From NCBI GenBank assembly GCA_041654895.1, contig JBAZCR010000005.1, positions 1 through 63,253 on the forward strand: a stretch of DNA of 63,253 bases, written 5' to 3'. Position 1 is the first letter of the stretch, and every line of letters begins with the position of its first letter. The notes under the pieces were generated by a model. The model saw nothing but the letters and a program-made list of their open reading frames with translations. It was not told the origin of the DNA and made no database searches. The DNA is from Candidatus Pacearchaeota archaeon (lineage in GTDB: Archaea; Nanobdellota; Nanobdellia; Pacearchaeales; GW2011-AR1). Of the stretch, positions 19,353 through 28,120 are shown piece by piece. The translations under genes and the position numbers were made by a program.

Positions 19353-21932
19353 TTAATCTTCTAGACCTAAGTAATCCGTATAGATTTCATTAACATTATA
19401 TTTTTTTAAAAAAAATTCCTTTTCTTCAATAGTGTTTATTGTATGAACATAAGTTAAAATATTTATTTCTTTTAATTTAGTTGGTAGTTCTGATTTAGCC
19501 CTCTCTAAAGGCATGCTTACAGCAAAAATCTTATCTAATTCTTTAATCTGGTCTATTATATAATTGTCATCAGTAGAACAATGTTGATACATACCATAAA
19601 TTATTCTTTCATAACCTCTTTCTTCAACTTCCTTATATTCCTCAAACAAAAAAATTTGGGGAACAATTTTCTCTTTATAATCTGGAATTATTTCAGAAAT
19701 CATATTTAATGCTATAATATTTTCCTCTTTAATATCTGTAATAATCCTAGCATTAGGATTTTTTTCTAACCATTCTTTTAGACTATAAATAGTACAAGGA
19801 GTAATATTATTTTTTTTAACTAATTCTTCAAACTCCTTTAAACTTAATCTTTCATTAACCTTAAAATGAAATAAATTCTCAAAATTTCCTTCCCAGTCAT
19901 GTAAGCAAACTAATTGATCATCTCTGGTAAAAATAAAATCTATTTCAAAATAATTAAATCCTTTTTTCAGACTATTATCTAAAGCTTCAAAACTATTAGA
20001 ATAACTTTGCATATTTATTTCTCCCCCAGCATGTGCTACTCTTTCTAATCCTGTTTCTTCTTTTGAAAGATTATGACTTTCATTAAAATTATAGTTCAAT
20101 TCATTATTAATTGTTTTTTTTAATTGTCTTTTTGAAAATTGGATATTTGAATCAATCTTTTGATAATGAGAATATTTGTCTTTTTTACCAATTAATAGGC
20201 AATATCCTAAATCATAAGAACTTTTGTTTAAAAGATAATTAATTTCAATACATGAGTCAATTAAAACAAAAGATTCTTGTTTATTCAACTCAGAAATATA
20301 AGATGTTAAATCTTCTTCTTGATTTTTGAAATAAAGTTTAGAGTTAAATTTTTCATCTAGCTTAATTAATAAAGGAAATTCAAAAAATCTTTTATCTATA
20401 GATATTTTTTCATTTTTCAAATATATATTTAAATTTTCCTTTAATCTTGGAAAGTTCCAGAATCTCAAGAAATAAGGTTTTAAAGAATTTAAATTTTCTA
20501 GAATAAAATTAACCCTTAAATCATTTTCACTTTTATTTTCAATCTTATTTAGATTCTTACCAAGACCTAATTCTCCTTCAAAACCTAAATAATTTAAAAT
20601 TGTCGGGCTAACATCTAAAGTTAAACCAAAATTATTATTTTTTATCTCTTCTTTTTGGTTTGGAAGGTTTATTAAAAATAAATTTTTTCTATCTAATTCT
20701 TTCAATAAATCTGTTGCTGTATTTGGCATAGATAGATGATCCGAGACTATCACAATAATTGTGTTATTACTAAATTCAGAATCTCTTATTTTTTTAACAA
20801 ATTGTCCTATTAGATAATCTGAGCATTTTACAGAATTTAACATTGGGTTCTTTCCATCTCCATAGGACATATTTTCACAACTCCTTGATATAAATCCCTC
20901 AGGAAAATGAGTATCAAGTGTCAATAAAAAAAGAGCAAAATTTTCTTTTTCTTTTGAATAAGAAAGAAATCTATTGTAAGCCAAACCTAATAGAGTATCA
21001 TCATAAATACCCCATCTATTTTTGTAGTTTGTATCTCTTAATGTAGATAAGATTTCTTGCTCACCATATATTTCATCAAAATTATGAGTTTTTAGAAACT
21101 TATCTTTTCCTGAAAAAGTTATCCTAGCCCCATTATAATAACCTAAGTAATATCCTTCTTTACTCAATAAATCACTTAAACAAACTGCATTTTCTAAAAA
21201 AGCATCCATCCCTTGCATTTCATTGTTATAGCTTAAAGAAACTAACGGAATACCACATTGAGTTGCAACAATACCTCCGATTGTATGACCAGAATATTCA
21301 TCTTGATTAATATTAATAAAAGATATACTTTCAGATTCAATCTCTTTTAATGAAGAAGTAAGATTTGGAAAAACATCCTCGTTAAAATATGTTCTTTCTA
21401 ATCCCTCTAAATAAATAAAAACTAAATTTTTAGTAGTATTTATTTGCTCAATATAAGGACTTCTATAGTGCTGATTAAATAAAATATAACCTTCTATATT
21501 CTCTGAATTATTTAATATAACATCTTTAAAACTAAATATTATTGGATTAAAAATTAAAGATAAAATCAATAAAATAATAATAGTTAAGCCTTTTTTATTA
21601 TTATTCTTAAACTTTTTATTAAACCTAAAAACATAAATAGAAAAAATAGAACTTAATATTAAAAATATACTCCCAATAAAAATCAATATAAAATATTCAG
21701 AATATCCTGCACCTTTTATTCCATGCATAAAATAATAAATTACCTGATAGTTTATTCCTTCATGAGTTATTTGATTAATCAAAAAATAAAATATATGTCC
21801 CAATATTGAAATAAAAATCATTAAACATACAATTAAATTAGTCTTATTTGAGAAAGATTTTTTCTTAAAAAATATTATGTAAATAGCTATTAAAAATAAA
21901 ATAATTGATACGAATAAAGAATAATGAACCAT
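19353..21932 (-). CDS. Multi-TM sulfatase-superfamily (LtaS/OpgB-like phosphoglycerol transferase) fused to a glycerophosphodiester phosphodiesterase (GDPD)-like domain
   Basis: 859 aa. About 5 N-terminal TM helices are followed by FIYLEGLERT...SGHTIGGIVATQCGIPL...VIVSDHLSM (alkaline-phosphatase/sulfatase fold). The C-terminal region RVAHAGGE...FEALDNSLKKGFNYFEIDFIFTRDDQLVCLHDW is GDPD-like. Confidence 0.6.
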   Translation of the reverse strand: MVHYSLFVSIILFLIAIYIIFFKKKSFSNKTNLIVCLMIFISILGHIFYFLINQITHEGINYQVIYYFMHGIKGAGYSEYFILIFIGSIFLILSSIFSIYVFRFNKKFKNNNKKGLTIIILLILSLIFNPIIFSFKDVILNNSENIEGYILFNQHYRSPYIEQINTTKNLVFIYLEGLERTYFNEDVFPNLTSSLKEIESESISFININQDEYSGHTIGGIVATQCGIPLVSLSYNNEMQGMDAFLENAVCLSDLLSKEGYYLGYYNGARITFSGKDKFLKTHNFDEIYGEQEILSTLRDTNYKNRWGIYDDTLLGLAYNRFLSYSKEKENFALFLLTLDTHFPEGFISRSCENMSYGDGKNPMLNSVKCSDYLIGQFVKKIRDSEFSNNTIIVIVSDHLSMPNTATDLLKELDRKNLFLINLPNQKEEIKNNNFGLTLDVSPTILNYLGFEGELGLGKNLNKIENKSENDLRVNFILENLNSLKPYFLRFWNFPRLKENLNIYLKNEKISIDKRFFEFPLLIKLDEKFNSKLYFKNQEEDLTSYISELNKQESFVLIDSCIEINYLLNKSSYDLGYCLLIGKKDKYSHYQKIDSNIQFSKRQLKKTINNELNYNFNESHNLSKEETGLERVAHAGGEINMQSYSNSFEALDNSLKKGFNYFEIDFIFTRDDQLVCLHDWEGNFENLFHFKVNERLSLKEFEELVKKNNITPCTIYSLKEWLEKNPNARIITDIKEENIIALNMISEIIPDYKEKIVPQIFLFEEYKEVEERGYERIIYGMYQHCSTDDNYIIDQIKELDKIFAVSMPLERAKSELPTKLKEINILTYVHTINTIEEKEFFLKKYNVNEIYTDYLGLED

Positions 21933-22045
21933 ATTTCTTTTTATTAACTAAAGTTTTTTAATTTATGGGATATTCTTAAGATAATCTTTTCTTAATAAAA
22001 TTTGTCTAACAGAGATTTTTTAAATTCATTTATGTTCTTTTTAGA

Positions 22046-22354
22046 ATGAATAAAAATTTAGTTATTAAATTTGCTTTAATCTTTTTAATTCTGAGTTTAT
22101 TTTTTACACAATCATCATTAACTGAATTAATTATCAAATCAAAAATAAATAAAGCTAATTATTGTGATATAGCTTCTGATTGTGTAGATGTTGGAGGAAA
22201 ATGTCCTTTTGGTTGTTATATTTATGTAAATAAAGGAGAGTTTAACAAAATTTCAGAGTTAGTAAATTCTTATAAATCTAAATGTGTCTATGGGTGTATC
22301 TCTTGTCAAGAGGTTGATTGTATAAATAATAAGTGTAAAGAAATTTGCGAATAA
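22046..22354 (+). CDS. Small membrane-anchored/secreted Cys-rich protein
   Basis: 102 aa. N-terminal hydrophobic segment, then 10 Cys within about 65 residues. Confidence 0.55.
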   Translation: MNKNLVIKFALIFLILSLFFTQSSLTELIIKSKINKANYCDIASDCVDVGGKCPFGCYIYVNKGEFNKISELVNSYKSKCVYGCISCQEVDCINNKCKEICE

Positions 22355-22360
22355 ATTTTA

Positions 22361-23836
22361 TTAAACTAAAAGTCCTGCATCTTCAAAATTTATTTCTTGA
22401 TTAATTAATCTTCTAATAATATCTTTTATTTTTTCAATATTTACTCTTATTTGTTTTCCATTATCTCTATTTCTAATTGTGGCAGTATTATCTTCTAATG
22501 TTTGAGTATCAGTTACAATACAATAAGGTGTTCCAATTTCATCATTTCTTGCATACCTTCTTCCAACGCTTCCCTTTTCATCATAGGTGCAATTAAATTC
22601 TTTTCTTAAATCATAATAAATTCCTCTTGCTCTTTTAACTAACTCATCATCTTTTTTAACCAAAGGGAAAACTGCTGCTTTTATTGGTGAAATCCTTGGA
22701 TGTAATTTCAACACAACTTCTCCTTTATCGTTTTTTGAATATGCTTCTAACAAATAAACTAAAAATGCTCTCTCAACACCAAAGCTTGGTTCGCAAATTA
22801 CCATTGGTAAAATCTTTTCTTTTATTTCTTCATCAAGAATCTCTAAAGATTTGGAACTTTTATTTTGATGCCTTGTTAAATCATAAGTTCCCCTATCTGC
22901 AATTCCTTGAAGTTCTTTATATCCAAAAGGAAATTTATATTCAATATCCCAACAATCACTTGAATAGTGTGCGAGTTCGTTTTTCTCATGTTGTCTGATC
23001 CTAAAATTATCTAAATTTGCACCATTTTCTTTAAACCAATTTAAGCAATTGTACAACCAATAAGCATGCCAAGAAAGTTTTATTATCCCCTTTTTTAGAG
23101 CATCTTTTAATTTCATTTTTTCTGGTTCCTTTTTATTTTCTTGCATTTCAGCAGAGTAAACTAAAATTTCTAAATCTTGTATTTCAAAAGGGCATTTTCT
23201 TTTTTCTTTTGGATTAATAAAATATTCAATTTCCATTTGCTCAAATTCTCTTAACCTAAATAAAAAGTTTCTTGGTGCAATTTCGTTTCTAAAGCTCTTT
23301 CCCATTTGAGCAACACCAAATGGCAACTTTAATCTATTTGTATCGACAATATTTTTAAAATTGGCAAAAATTAATTGTGCTGTTTCAGGTCTTAAATACG
23401 ATTTAATTGAATCTCCTTTTATTGGTCCAACTTCTGTAATGAACATTGGGTTAAATTCTCCTTTGCTAATTAATTCTCCTCCACATTTTTCACATTTTGC
23501 TTTTTTTAATTCTGATTTATCTACTTTAAATTTATGAAAACATTTTTTACATTCAACAGCATAATCTAAAAAACAATCAACATGACCTGAAGCTTCCCAA
23601 ACTTTTGGATTTGTAATTATTGCACCATCTAAACCCACGATATCATCTCTTTGTCTAACATAAAAATTCCACCAAGAAGATTTAATATTATTTTTAAGTT
23701 CAACACCTAAGCTTCCAAAATCCCAAAAACCTGCAAAAGAACCATATAATTCTCCACTAGGAAAAACAAATCCTTTTCTTTTACAAAAGTTTGTTATTTC
23801 ATCAAAATTAATCTTTGATTTCATATTAATATTCAA
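22361..23836 (-). CDS. glyS: Glycyl-tRNA synthetase (archaeal/eukaryotic alpha2 type)
   Basis: 491 aa. RKGFVFPSGELYGSFAGFWDFGSLGVELKNNI..., FRNEIAPR, and a C-terminal anticodon-binding domain. Confidence 0.9.
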   Translation of the reverse strand: MNINMKSKINFDEITNFCKRKGFVFPSGELYGSFAGFWDFGSLGVELKNNIKSSWWNFYVRQRDDIVGLDGAIITNPKVWEASGHVDCFLDYAVECKKCFHKFKVDKSELKKAKCEKCGGELISKGEFNPMFITEVGPIKGDSIKSYLRPETAQLIFANFKNIVDTNRLKLPFGVAQMGKSFRNEIAPRNFLFRLREFEQMEIEYFINPKEKRKCPFEIQDLEILVYSAEMQENKKEPEKMKLKDALKKGIIKLSWHAYWLYNCLNWFKENGANLDNFRIRQHEKNELAHYSSDCWDIEYKFPFGYKELQGIADRGTYDLTRHQNKSSKSLEILDEEIKEKILPMVICEPSFGVERAFLVYLLEAYSKNDKGEVVLKLHPRISPIKAAVFPLVKKDDELVKRARGIYYDLRKEFNCTYDEKGSVGRRYARNDEIGTPYCIVTDTQTLEDNTATIRNRDNGKQIRVNIEKIKDIIRRLINQEINFEDAGLLV

Positions 23837-23860
23837 TAATTATACTTTATAAGATTTAGG

Positions 23861-24382
23861 TTACATTATTTTCTTCCAATTAGATTCATAATAAGTTATA
23901 TCATTTTCTAAATCAACCACACAAATTAGCAAACTTTTTTTAGTTGAGTTTGCGACTCTATTTTTTGAAGCAAAATCATACCAATTTATTTTATCACTTT
24001 CTTTAACAATAAAGCAAAGCCACTTAGAATGACTTTTTTCTATTTTATTTCCCTTGTCATATACTCTAAATTTTACTCCAAATTTCAATCCAGGTTTAAC
24101 AATATAACCTTTTTTTTTCAAATCTCTAAATACAAAATAATTCAATAAAAAATCTTTATCAATTTTAATAAACTTTTTCAAAATATCTTCTTTGGTTAAT
24201 TCTCTTAAATTATTATTCAAGACTTTCATTTTTTTTTGTTCAACCAAATAATATGCTTCCTCTAACATATAGTAGATTTTTTCATTATCTTTTTCACCAA
24301 ATCTCTGTTTAGAAAAAAGTTCTATTGCTTCATTATTATTTGAACTTACTTTATTAGAATTAAATATAGCATCAATAACCAT
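23861..24382 (-). CDS. endA: tRNA-splicing endonuclease
   Basis: 173 aa. FRDLKKKGYIVKPGLKFGVKFRVYDKG...HSKWLCFIV matches the EndA catalytic domain. Confidence 0.8.
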   Translation of the reverse strand: MVIDAIFNSNKVSSNNNEAIELFSKQRFGEKDNEKIYYMLEEAYYLVEQKKMKVLNNNLRELTKEDILKKFIKIDKDFLLNYFVFRDLKKKGYIVKPGLKFGVKFRVYDKGNKIEKSHSKWLCFIVKESDKINWYDFASKNRVANSTKKSLLICVVDLENDITYYESNWKKIM

Positions 24383-24422
24383 AAAATTAAAACTAAAAAC
24401 AATATTATAAACCTTTTCAAAA

Positions 24423-24533
24423 TTATCTATTTCTTTTTAACTTTCTCTTATGTTTTTCTTTCTTTAATCTTTTCCTTTGCCATTTCCAACGCATTTGGCC
24501 TTTCTTTTTCCATCTTCTAGAACTTCTTTTCAT
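24423..24533 (-). CDS. rpl41e: Ribosomal protein eL41 (36 aa; below the ORF-track size cutoff)
   Basis: Hand translation gives MKRSSRRWKKKGQMRWKWQRKRLKKEKHKRKLKRNR*. The KRSSRRWKKKG.MRWKW core matches my recollection of archaeal L41e. Confidence 0.75.
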   Translation of the reverse strand: MKRSSRRWKKKGQMRWKWQRKRLKKEKHKRKLKRNR

Positions 24534-24569
24534 AATATCTATTTCAAAAATACATTTATAAATATTTGG

Positions 24570-25049
24570 TTAATTAAATTTGTTTTTTTTGAAATTCTTT
24601 TTCCTATATTTTACAAAGTCAATTATTAATAATAAAATAAAATTTAAGATTAGAAAAAGAGTTAAAATTAAGTTCTTAGAAAGTATTTCTAATAAAGTTA
24701 AAATAGGATTAGATAAAATAATAAGGCTTGTGATTAAAACAACTATAAGTGCTAATAAAACCATACCTGCTAAGTAATCTTTTAATTGGCCTACTTTTTT
24801 ATTATAATTTGGATAAAGAAAATCTAACATTTTTTCAAAAAAGTGGTTTAATGTCTCTAATAAAATTAAAAGAGAGCAAACAATAAACAATATTAAAAAA
24901 TAGATTATAGTAGTGTTAAAAATCAAAGCACCTGTAAGTATAATCAAGACAAACAACATTAAAATTTTAATATTTCTTTCAAATAATATTTCCTTAAAAA
25001 AACCTTTTAGTGCATAATAAATGCTTTCAATTAGACTTGTCTTTGTCAT
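24570..25049 (-). CDS. dgkA: Diacylglycerol/undecaprenol kinase family membrane protein (DgkA-like)
   Basis: 159 aa with 3-4 TM segments. SIYYALKGFFKEILFERNIK, ETLNHFFEKMLD and QLKDYLAGMVLL parallel the prokaryotic DAGK motifs. Confidence 0.6.
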   Translation of the reverse strand: MTKTSLIESIYYALKGFFKEILFERNIKILMLFVLIILTGALIFNTTIIYFLILFIVCSLLILLETLNHFFEKMLDFLYPNYNKKVGQLKDYLAGMVLLALIVVLITSLIILSNPILTLLEILSKNLILTLFLILNFILLLIIDFVKYRKKNFKKNKFN

Positions 25050-25137
25050 TTTTTTACAAAGAGGATTTAATTTATAATTATTATTATCTTTTAAAGATTA
25101 GTTAAATTTTAATATTAATTTAATAATATTATTTTAA

Positions 25138-25210
25138 AGTCCTGTAATCTAGTGGTCAAGGATACGAGACTCTGGCTCTCGAAACCGCGGTTCGAATCCG
25201 CGCAGGACTA
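25138..25210 (+). tRNA. tRNA-Gln (anticodon CTG)
   Basis: Folded by hand into 73 nt. Acceptor stem AGTCCTG/CAGGACT has 7 perfect pairs. D arm is ATCT-AGTGGTCAA-GGAT. Anticodon stem is CGAGA/TCTCG with loop CT-CTG-GC. T arm is CGCGG-TTCGAAT-CCGCG. The discriminator is A and no CCA is encoded. The segment forms a GC-rich island. Confidence 0.9.
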
Positions 25211-25252
25211 TTTTTCCACTAAATTTATAATATTCCAGAATTTAATAGTTAT

Positions 25253-26197
25253 ATGAATAATTTAAGAGGTGAGTTTAATTTTGTCTTACTCTTTGCAATT
25301 TTCGCAGGGATTACTATTTTAGCATTAGCTATTTATGGAGCTGCTCAATTTGCAAATACAGGAAGGTTTCAAACAAGCACATTAGTAGCAAAACAATTGG
25401 ATGTTTTAACAGACCCTTTTCAGGCAGGTTTTGCATCAGCCCAGAAAAATGAAATTTCCTTTAATCAAAATGTAATAATAAAAAATTCTTGTGAAAACTT
25501 TACACAATTTGGTTCTAATGATTTATCTGTACTAATAGATATGAGTTTAGGTCAAGAAAAATATGGAACACCAATAAAAATAAAAGATAAATATATTTTT
25601 TCTTCAGAACAAATCCATGGAAGAAAAATATACTCTTTATCTAAATCATTTAATTTCCCATTTAAAATATCAGATTACTTAATTTTCTTTTCAGAAGATG
25701 ATAATTATTGTCTTGAGGATTCTCCAGATTGGTTTAAACAAGAACTACAAAATTTAGAAATGCCAATTTTAAAATTTAAAGATTGTAAAAATAATGAGCT
25801 TTATACGCAGGTTTGTTTTAGTGATTCTTCTTGTGATATTTATATTAGTGGAGGTTGTAATGGTCCTGATTGCGAGAATGAATATGACATTGGTGCTGTC
25901 TCAAAAAAAGGTTCAATTTTATACTATCAAAAAGATCTATTATTGCCTGCAATTTTTTCTGATTCCCTTATATATAACTGCAATGTAAATAGGCTTCTTG
26001 AAAAAGCATCAATTTTAACTGAAATTTATTCTGAAAAAGCAAATTTACTAAACCAAAAAGATTGTATTAATTATTTGCAAAGTGATTTAGAAAGTTTAAA
26101 ACAGCAAATTGATTCTGGTGCAGATATAAGGTCACTACATTTTATCCAGCACGATTTATTAATTAAAAATAGGCAAAGTTCTTGTAGAGTATGGTAA
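25253..26197 (+). CDS. Membrane-anchored hypothetical protein, first gene of a pilin-like operon
   Basis: 314 aa. N-terminal anchor FNFVLLFAIFAGITILALAIYG and a Cys-rich ectodomain. It overlaps the next gene. Confidence 0.55.
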   Translation: MNNLRGEFNFVLLFAIFAGITILALAIYGAAQFANTGRFQTSTLVAKQLDVLTDPFQAGFASAQKNEISFNQNVIIKNSCENFTQFGSNDLSVLIDMSLGQEKYGTPIKIKDKYIFSSEQIHGRKIYSLSKSFNFPFKISDYLIFFSEDDNYCLEDSPDWFKQELQNLEMPILKFKDCKNNELYTQVCFSDSSCDIYISGGCNGPDCENEYDIGAVSKKGSILYYQKDLLLPAIFSDSLIYNCNVNRLLEKASILTEIYSEKANLLNQKDCINYLQSDLESLKQQIDSGADIRSLHFIQHDLLIKNRQSSCRVW

Positions 26198-26685
26198 AAA
26201 AAGCACAATATAAAATAATGCAAATGGCTTTTATGATTGTAGCTGTATTTATTTTCTTTTTAATGGTAGGAATTTTCTTTTTTAATTTTCAAATTCAAAA
26301 GGTTAAGGAATTAGCTCAAATTTCAAATGAACAAAAAATAGTTGGTTTAATTAGCTCAATTGCAAATTCTCCAGAATTTCATTGTTCATCTAGTTCGTCA
26401 CTTTGTGTAGATTTTGATAAAACAAAGATATTAGGACAAGAAAAATATTATTCTCTGTATAATGAATTCTGGCCAGTGTCTTCTATTGAACTAAGAATAA
26501 TAGACTCAAATTTTAATGATATTGTATCTTGTAAAAATAAAAATTTAAACAACTGTAATTATTATGAAATCTATACTAAAAATAAAACTGACATAATAAA
26601 GTATTCATCTTACATCACTCTTTGTGAGAAAGAAGAAATAAATATAGATAAATGTAAATTAGCTCAGTTAATTGTAGGAATATGA
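26191..26685 (+). CDS. Pilin-like protein (class III signal peptide)
   Basis: MVKKAQYKIMQMAFMIVAVFIFFLMVGIFF has a KKAQ-type prepilin junction. Confidence 0.55.
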   Translation: MVKKAQYKIMQMAFMIVAVFIFFLMVGIFFFNFQIQKVKELAQISNEQKIVGLISSIANSPEFHCSSSSSLCVDFDKTKILGQEKYYSLYNEFWPVSSIELRIIDSNFNDIVSCKNKNLNNCNYYEIYTKNKTDIIKYSSYITLCEKEEINIDKCKLAQLIVGI

Positions 26686-27191
26686 AAAACAAGAAAGCTC
26701 AGCAGGAAATTATTGGTTTTGTTTTAATTGTTGTAGTAGTTATTATAGCTGCTTTAATTTTTCTAGTAATTCAAGTAAATAAACCTGTAAAAATAACTGA
26801 AAATCCTTTATCAAATACTTTATTAGAATCAATAATGAAGACTAGTTCTCCTTGTGTTATAACTTATGGAGCAACTGAAACTTATGAAAGTCTAATAAAT
26901 AGCTGTGCAAAAGGCTATACTTGTAATAATTTAGGGAATAAAGATTCTTGTATTGTTCTAAATGAATCTATAACTAAGGTAATGGAAGATATTTTACAAG
27001 TTGATAATTCTATTTTAGCATATCAATTAGATTTTATACAAAATGAATCTTCTCAAATTACAAACCTAATTGAATCTATAAGAGGTGGAGAATGCTTAAA
27101 TGGAAATATTTATGGTTCTTATCCTTATAATATATATTTGTCAAGTTCTAATAATATTAAGATAACTTTAACTTTATGTATTAAAAAATAA
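26682..27191 (+). CDS. Pilin-like protein (class III signal peptide)
   Basis: MKNKKAQQEIIGFVLIVVVVIIAALIFLVI has a KKAQ junction followed by a conserved Glu. It overlaps the upstream gene by 4 nt. Confidence 0.6.
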   Translation: MKNKKAQQEIIGFVLIVVVVIIAALIFLVIQVNKPVKITENPLSNTLLESIMKTSSPCVITYGATETYESLINSCAKGYTCNNLGNKDSCIVLNESITKVMEDILQVDNSILAYQLDFIQNESSQITNLIESIRGGECLNGNIYGSYPYNIYLSSSNNIKITLTLCIKK

Positions 27192-27600
27192 AACCATTTC
27201 TAAATTCTTTTTCTAATCTCTCGTCAATTCTTTTAGAAACTTCTTTTATTTTTCTCATAGTATTAAAAACATCTTTTTCAATTTCTTCTATTAACTCTTC
27301 AAAATTTCTTGTTTTTAGAGTGTAACCTTTATCTTTTTTTATTACAATTCCCGAATCTCTTAATTTTGATATATGGTGAATGACTGTTCCTCTTGAAAGA
27401 TTTGACCTCTCTGCAATTTCGTCAGAAGAAATCGGATTTTGTTCTTTTAATAAATTTATAAAAATTCTAAAACAAGATTTCTCTTTATCTCTTTTATTAA
27501 ACATTCCCAGACAATTTGATATCCATTGAATTTCTTGATTAAGTTCATTATTTTCTAATTTCTTTGAGTTTATGATAGTAATTTCTTTAAAATAATCCAT
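27181..27600 (-). CDS. Winged-helix transcriptional regulator, divergent from grpE
   Basis: 139 aa. ISSDEIAERSNLSRGTVIHHISKLRDSGIVIKKDKGYTL is an ArsR/TrmB-like wHTH. Confidence 0.65.
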   Translation of the reverse strand: MDYFKEITIINSKKLENNELNQEIQWISNCLGMFNKRDKEKSCFRIFINLLKEQNPISSDEIAERSNLSRGTVIHHISKLRDSGIVIKKDKGYTLKTRNFEELIEEIEKDVFNTMRKIKEVSKRIDERLEKEFRNGFIF

Positions 27601-27631
27601 ATTAAATTAAGAAACGAAAAGTTTAAATACT

Positions 27632-27674
27632 TGTTGATTTTAAATAAACTATATCTGTTGATTTCAAGTCAACA
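27632..27674. promoter_or_regulatory. Candidate operator in the regulator/grpE divergent intergenic region
   Basis: TGTTGATTT occurs twice (27632-27640 and 27656-27664). The second copy forms the palindrome TGTTGA-N7-TCAACA (27656-27674). TATA-like TTTAAATA lies at 27622-27629. Confidence 0.35.
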
Positions 27675-27687
27675 CTTTTAAGATAAA

Positions 27688-28119
27688 ATGAGTAAAGAAC
27701 AAACAAAAAAATCAAAAGAACATGAATATTTAGAAACCTTGCAGCGTTTGCAAGCAGAGTTTGATAATTTCAGAAAAAGAACAGAAAAAGAAAAACTTGA
27801 AGTTATAAAATATGCAGAAGAAGGTTTAATAATGGAATTATTAGATATAATAGATGATCTTGAATTATCTTTAAAATATTCAAAAGATGAAGGAATAAAA
27901 ATGATTTATTCTGAATTATATTCACTTTTAGAAAAAAAAGGATTAAAAAAAATTGATATCCAAGGAAAATTTGATCCAAGATATCATGAAGCTTTAATGC
28001 AACAAGAAACTAAAGGAGAAGAAAATATTATATTAGAGGAATTACAAAGAGGATATATGTTAAATGATAAGGTTATTAGAGTTTCAAAAGTAAAAATATC
28101 TAAAAAAGGAGAAAAATAA
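27688..28119 (+). CDS. grpE: Nucleotide exchange factor GrpE (short form)
   Basis: [19 protein letters not shown] and a C-terminal beta domain ([14 protein letters not shown]). Confidence 0.9.
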   Translation: MSKEQTKKSKEHEYLETLQRLQAEFDNFRKRTEKEKLEVIKYAEEGLIMELLDIIDDLELSLKYSKDEGIKMIYSELYSLLEKKGLKKIDIQGKFDPRYHEALMQQETKGEENIILEELQRGYMLNDKVIRVSKVKISKKGEK

Positions 28120-28120
28120 A

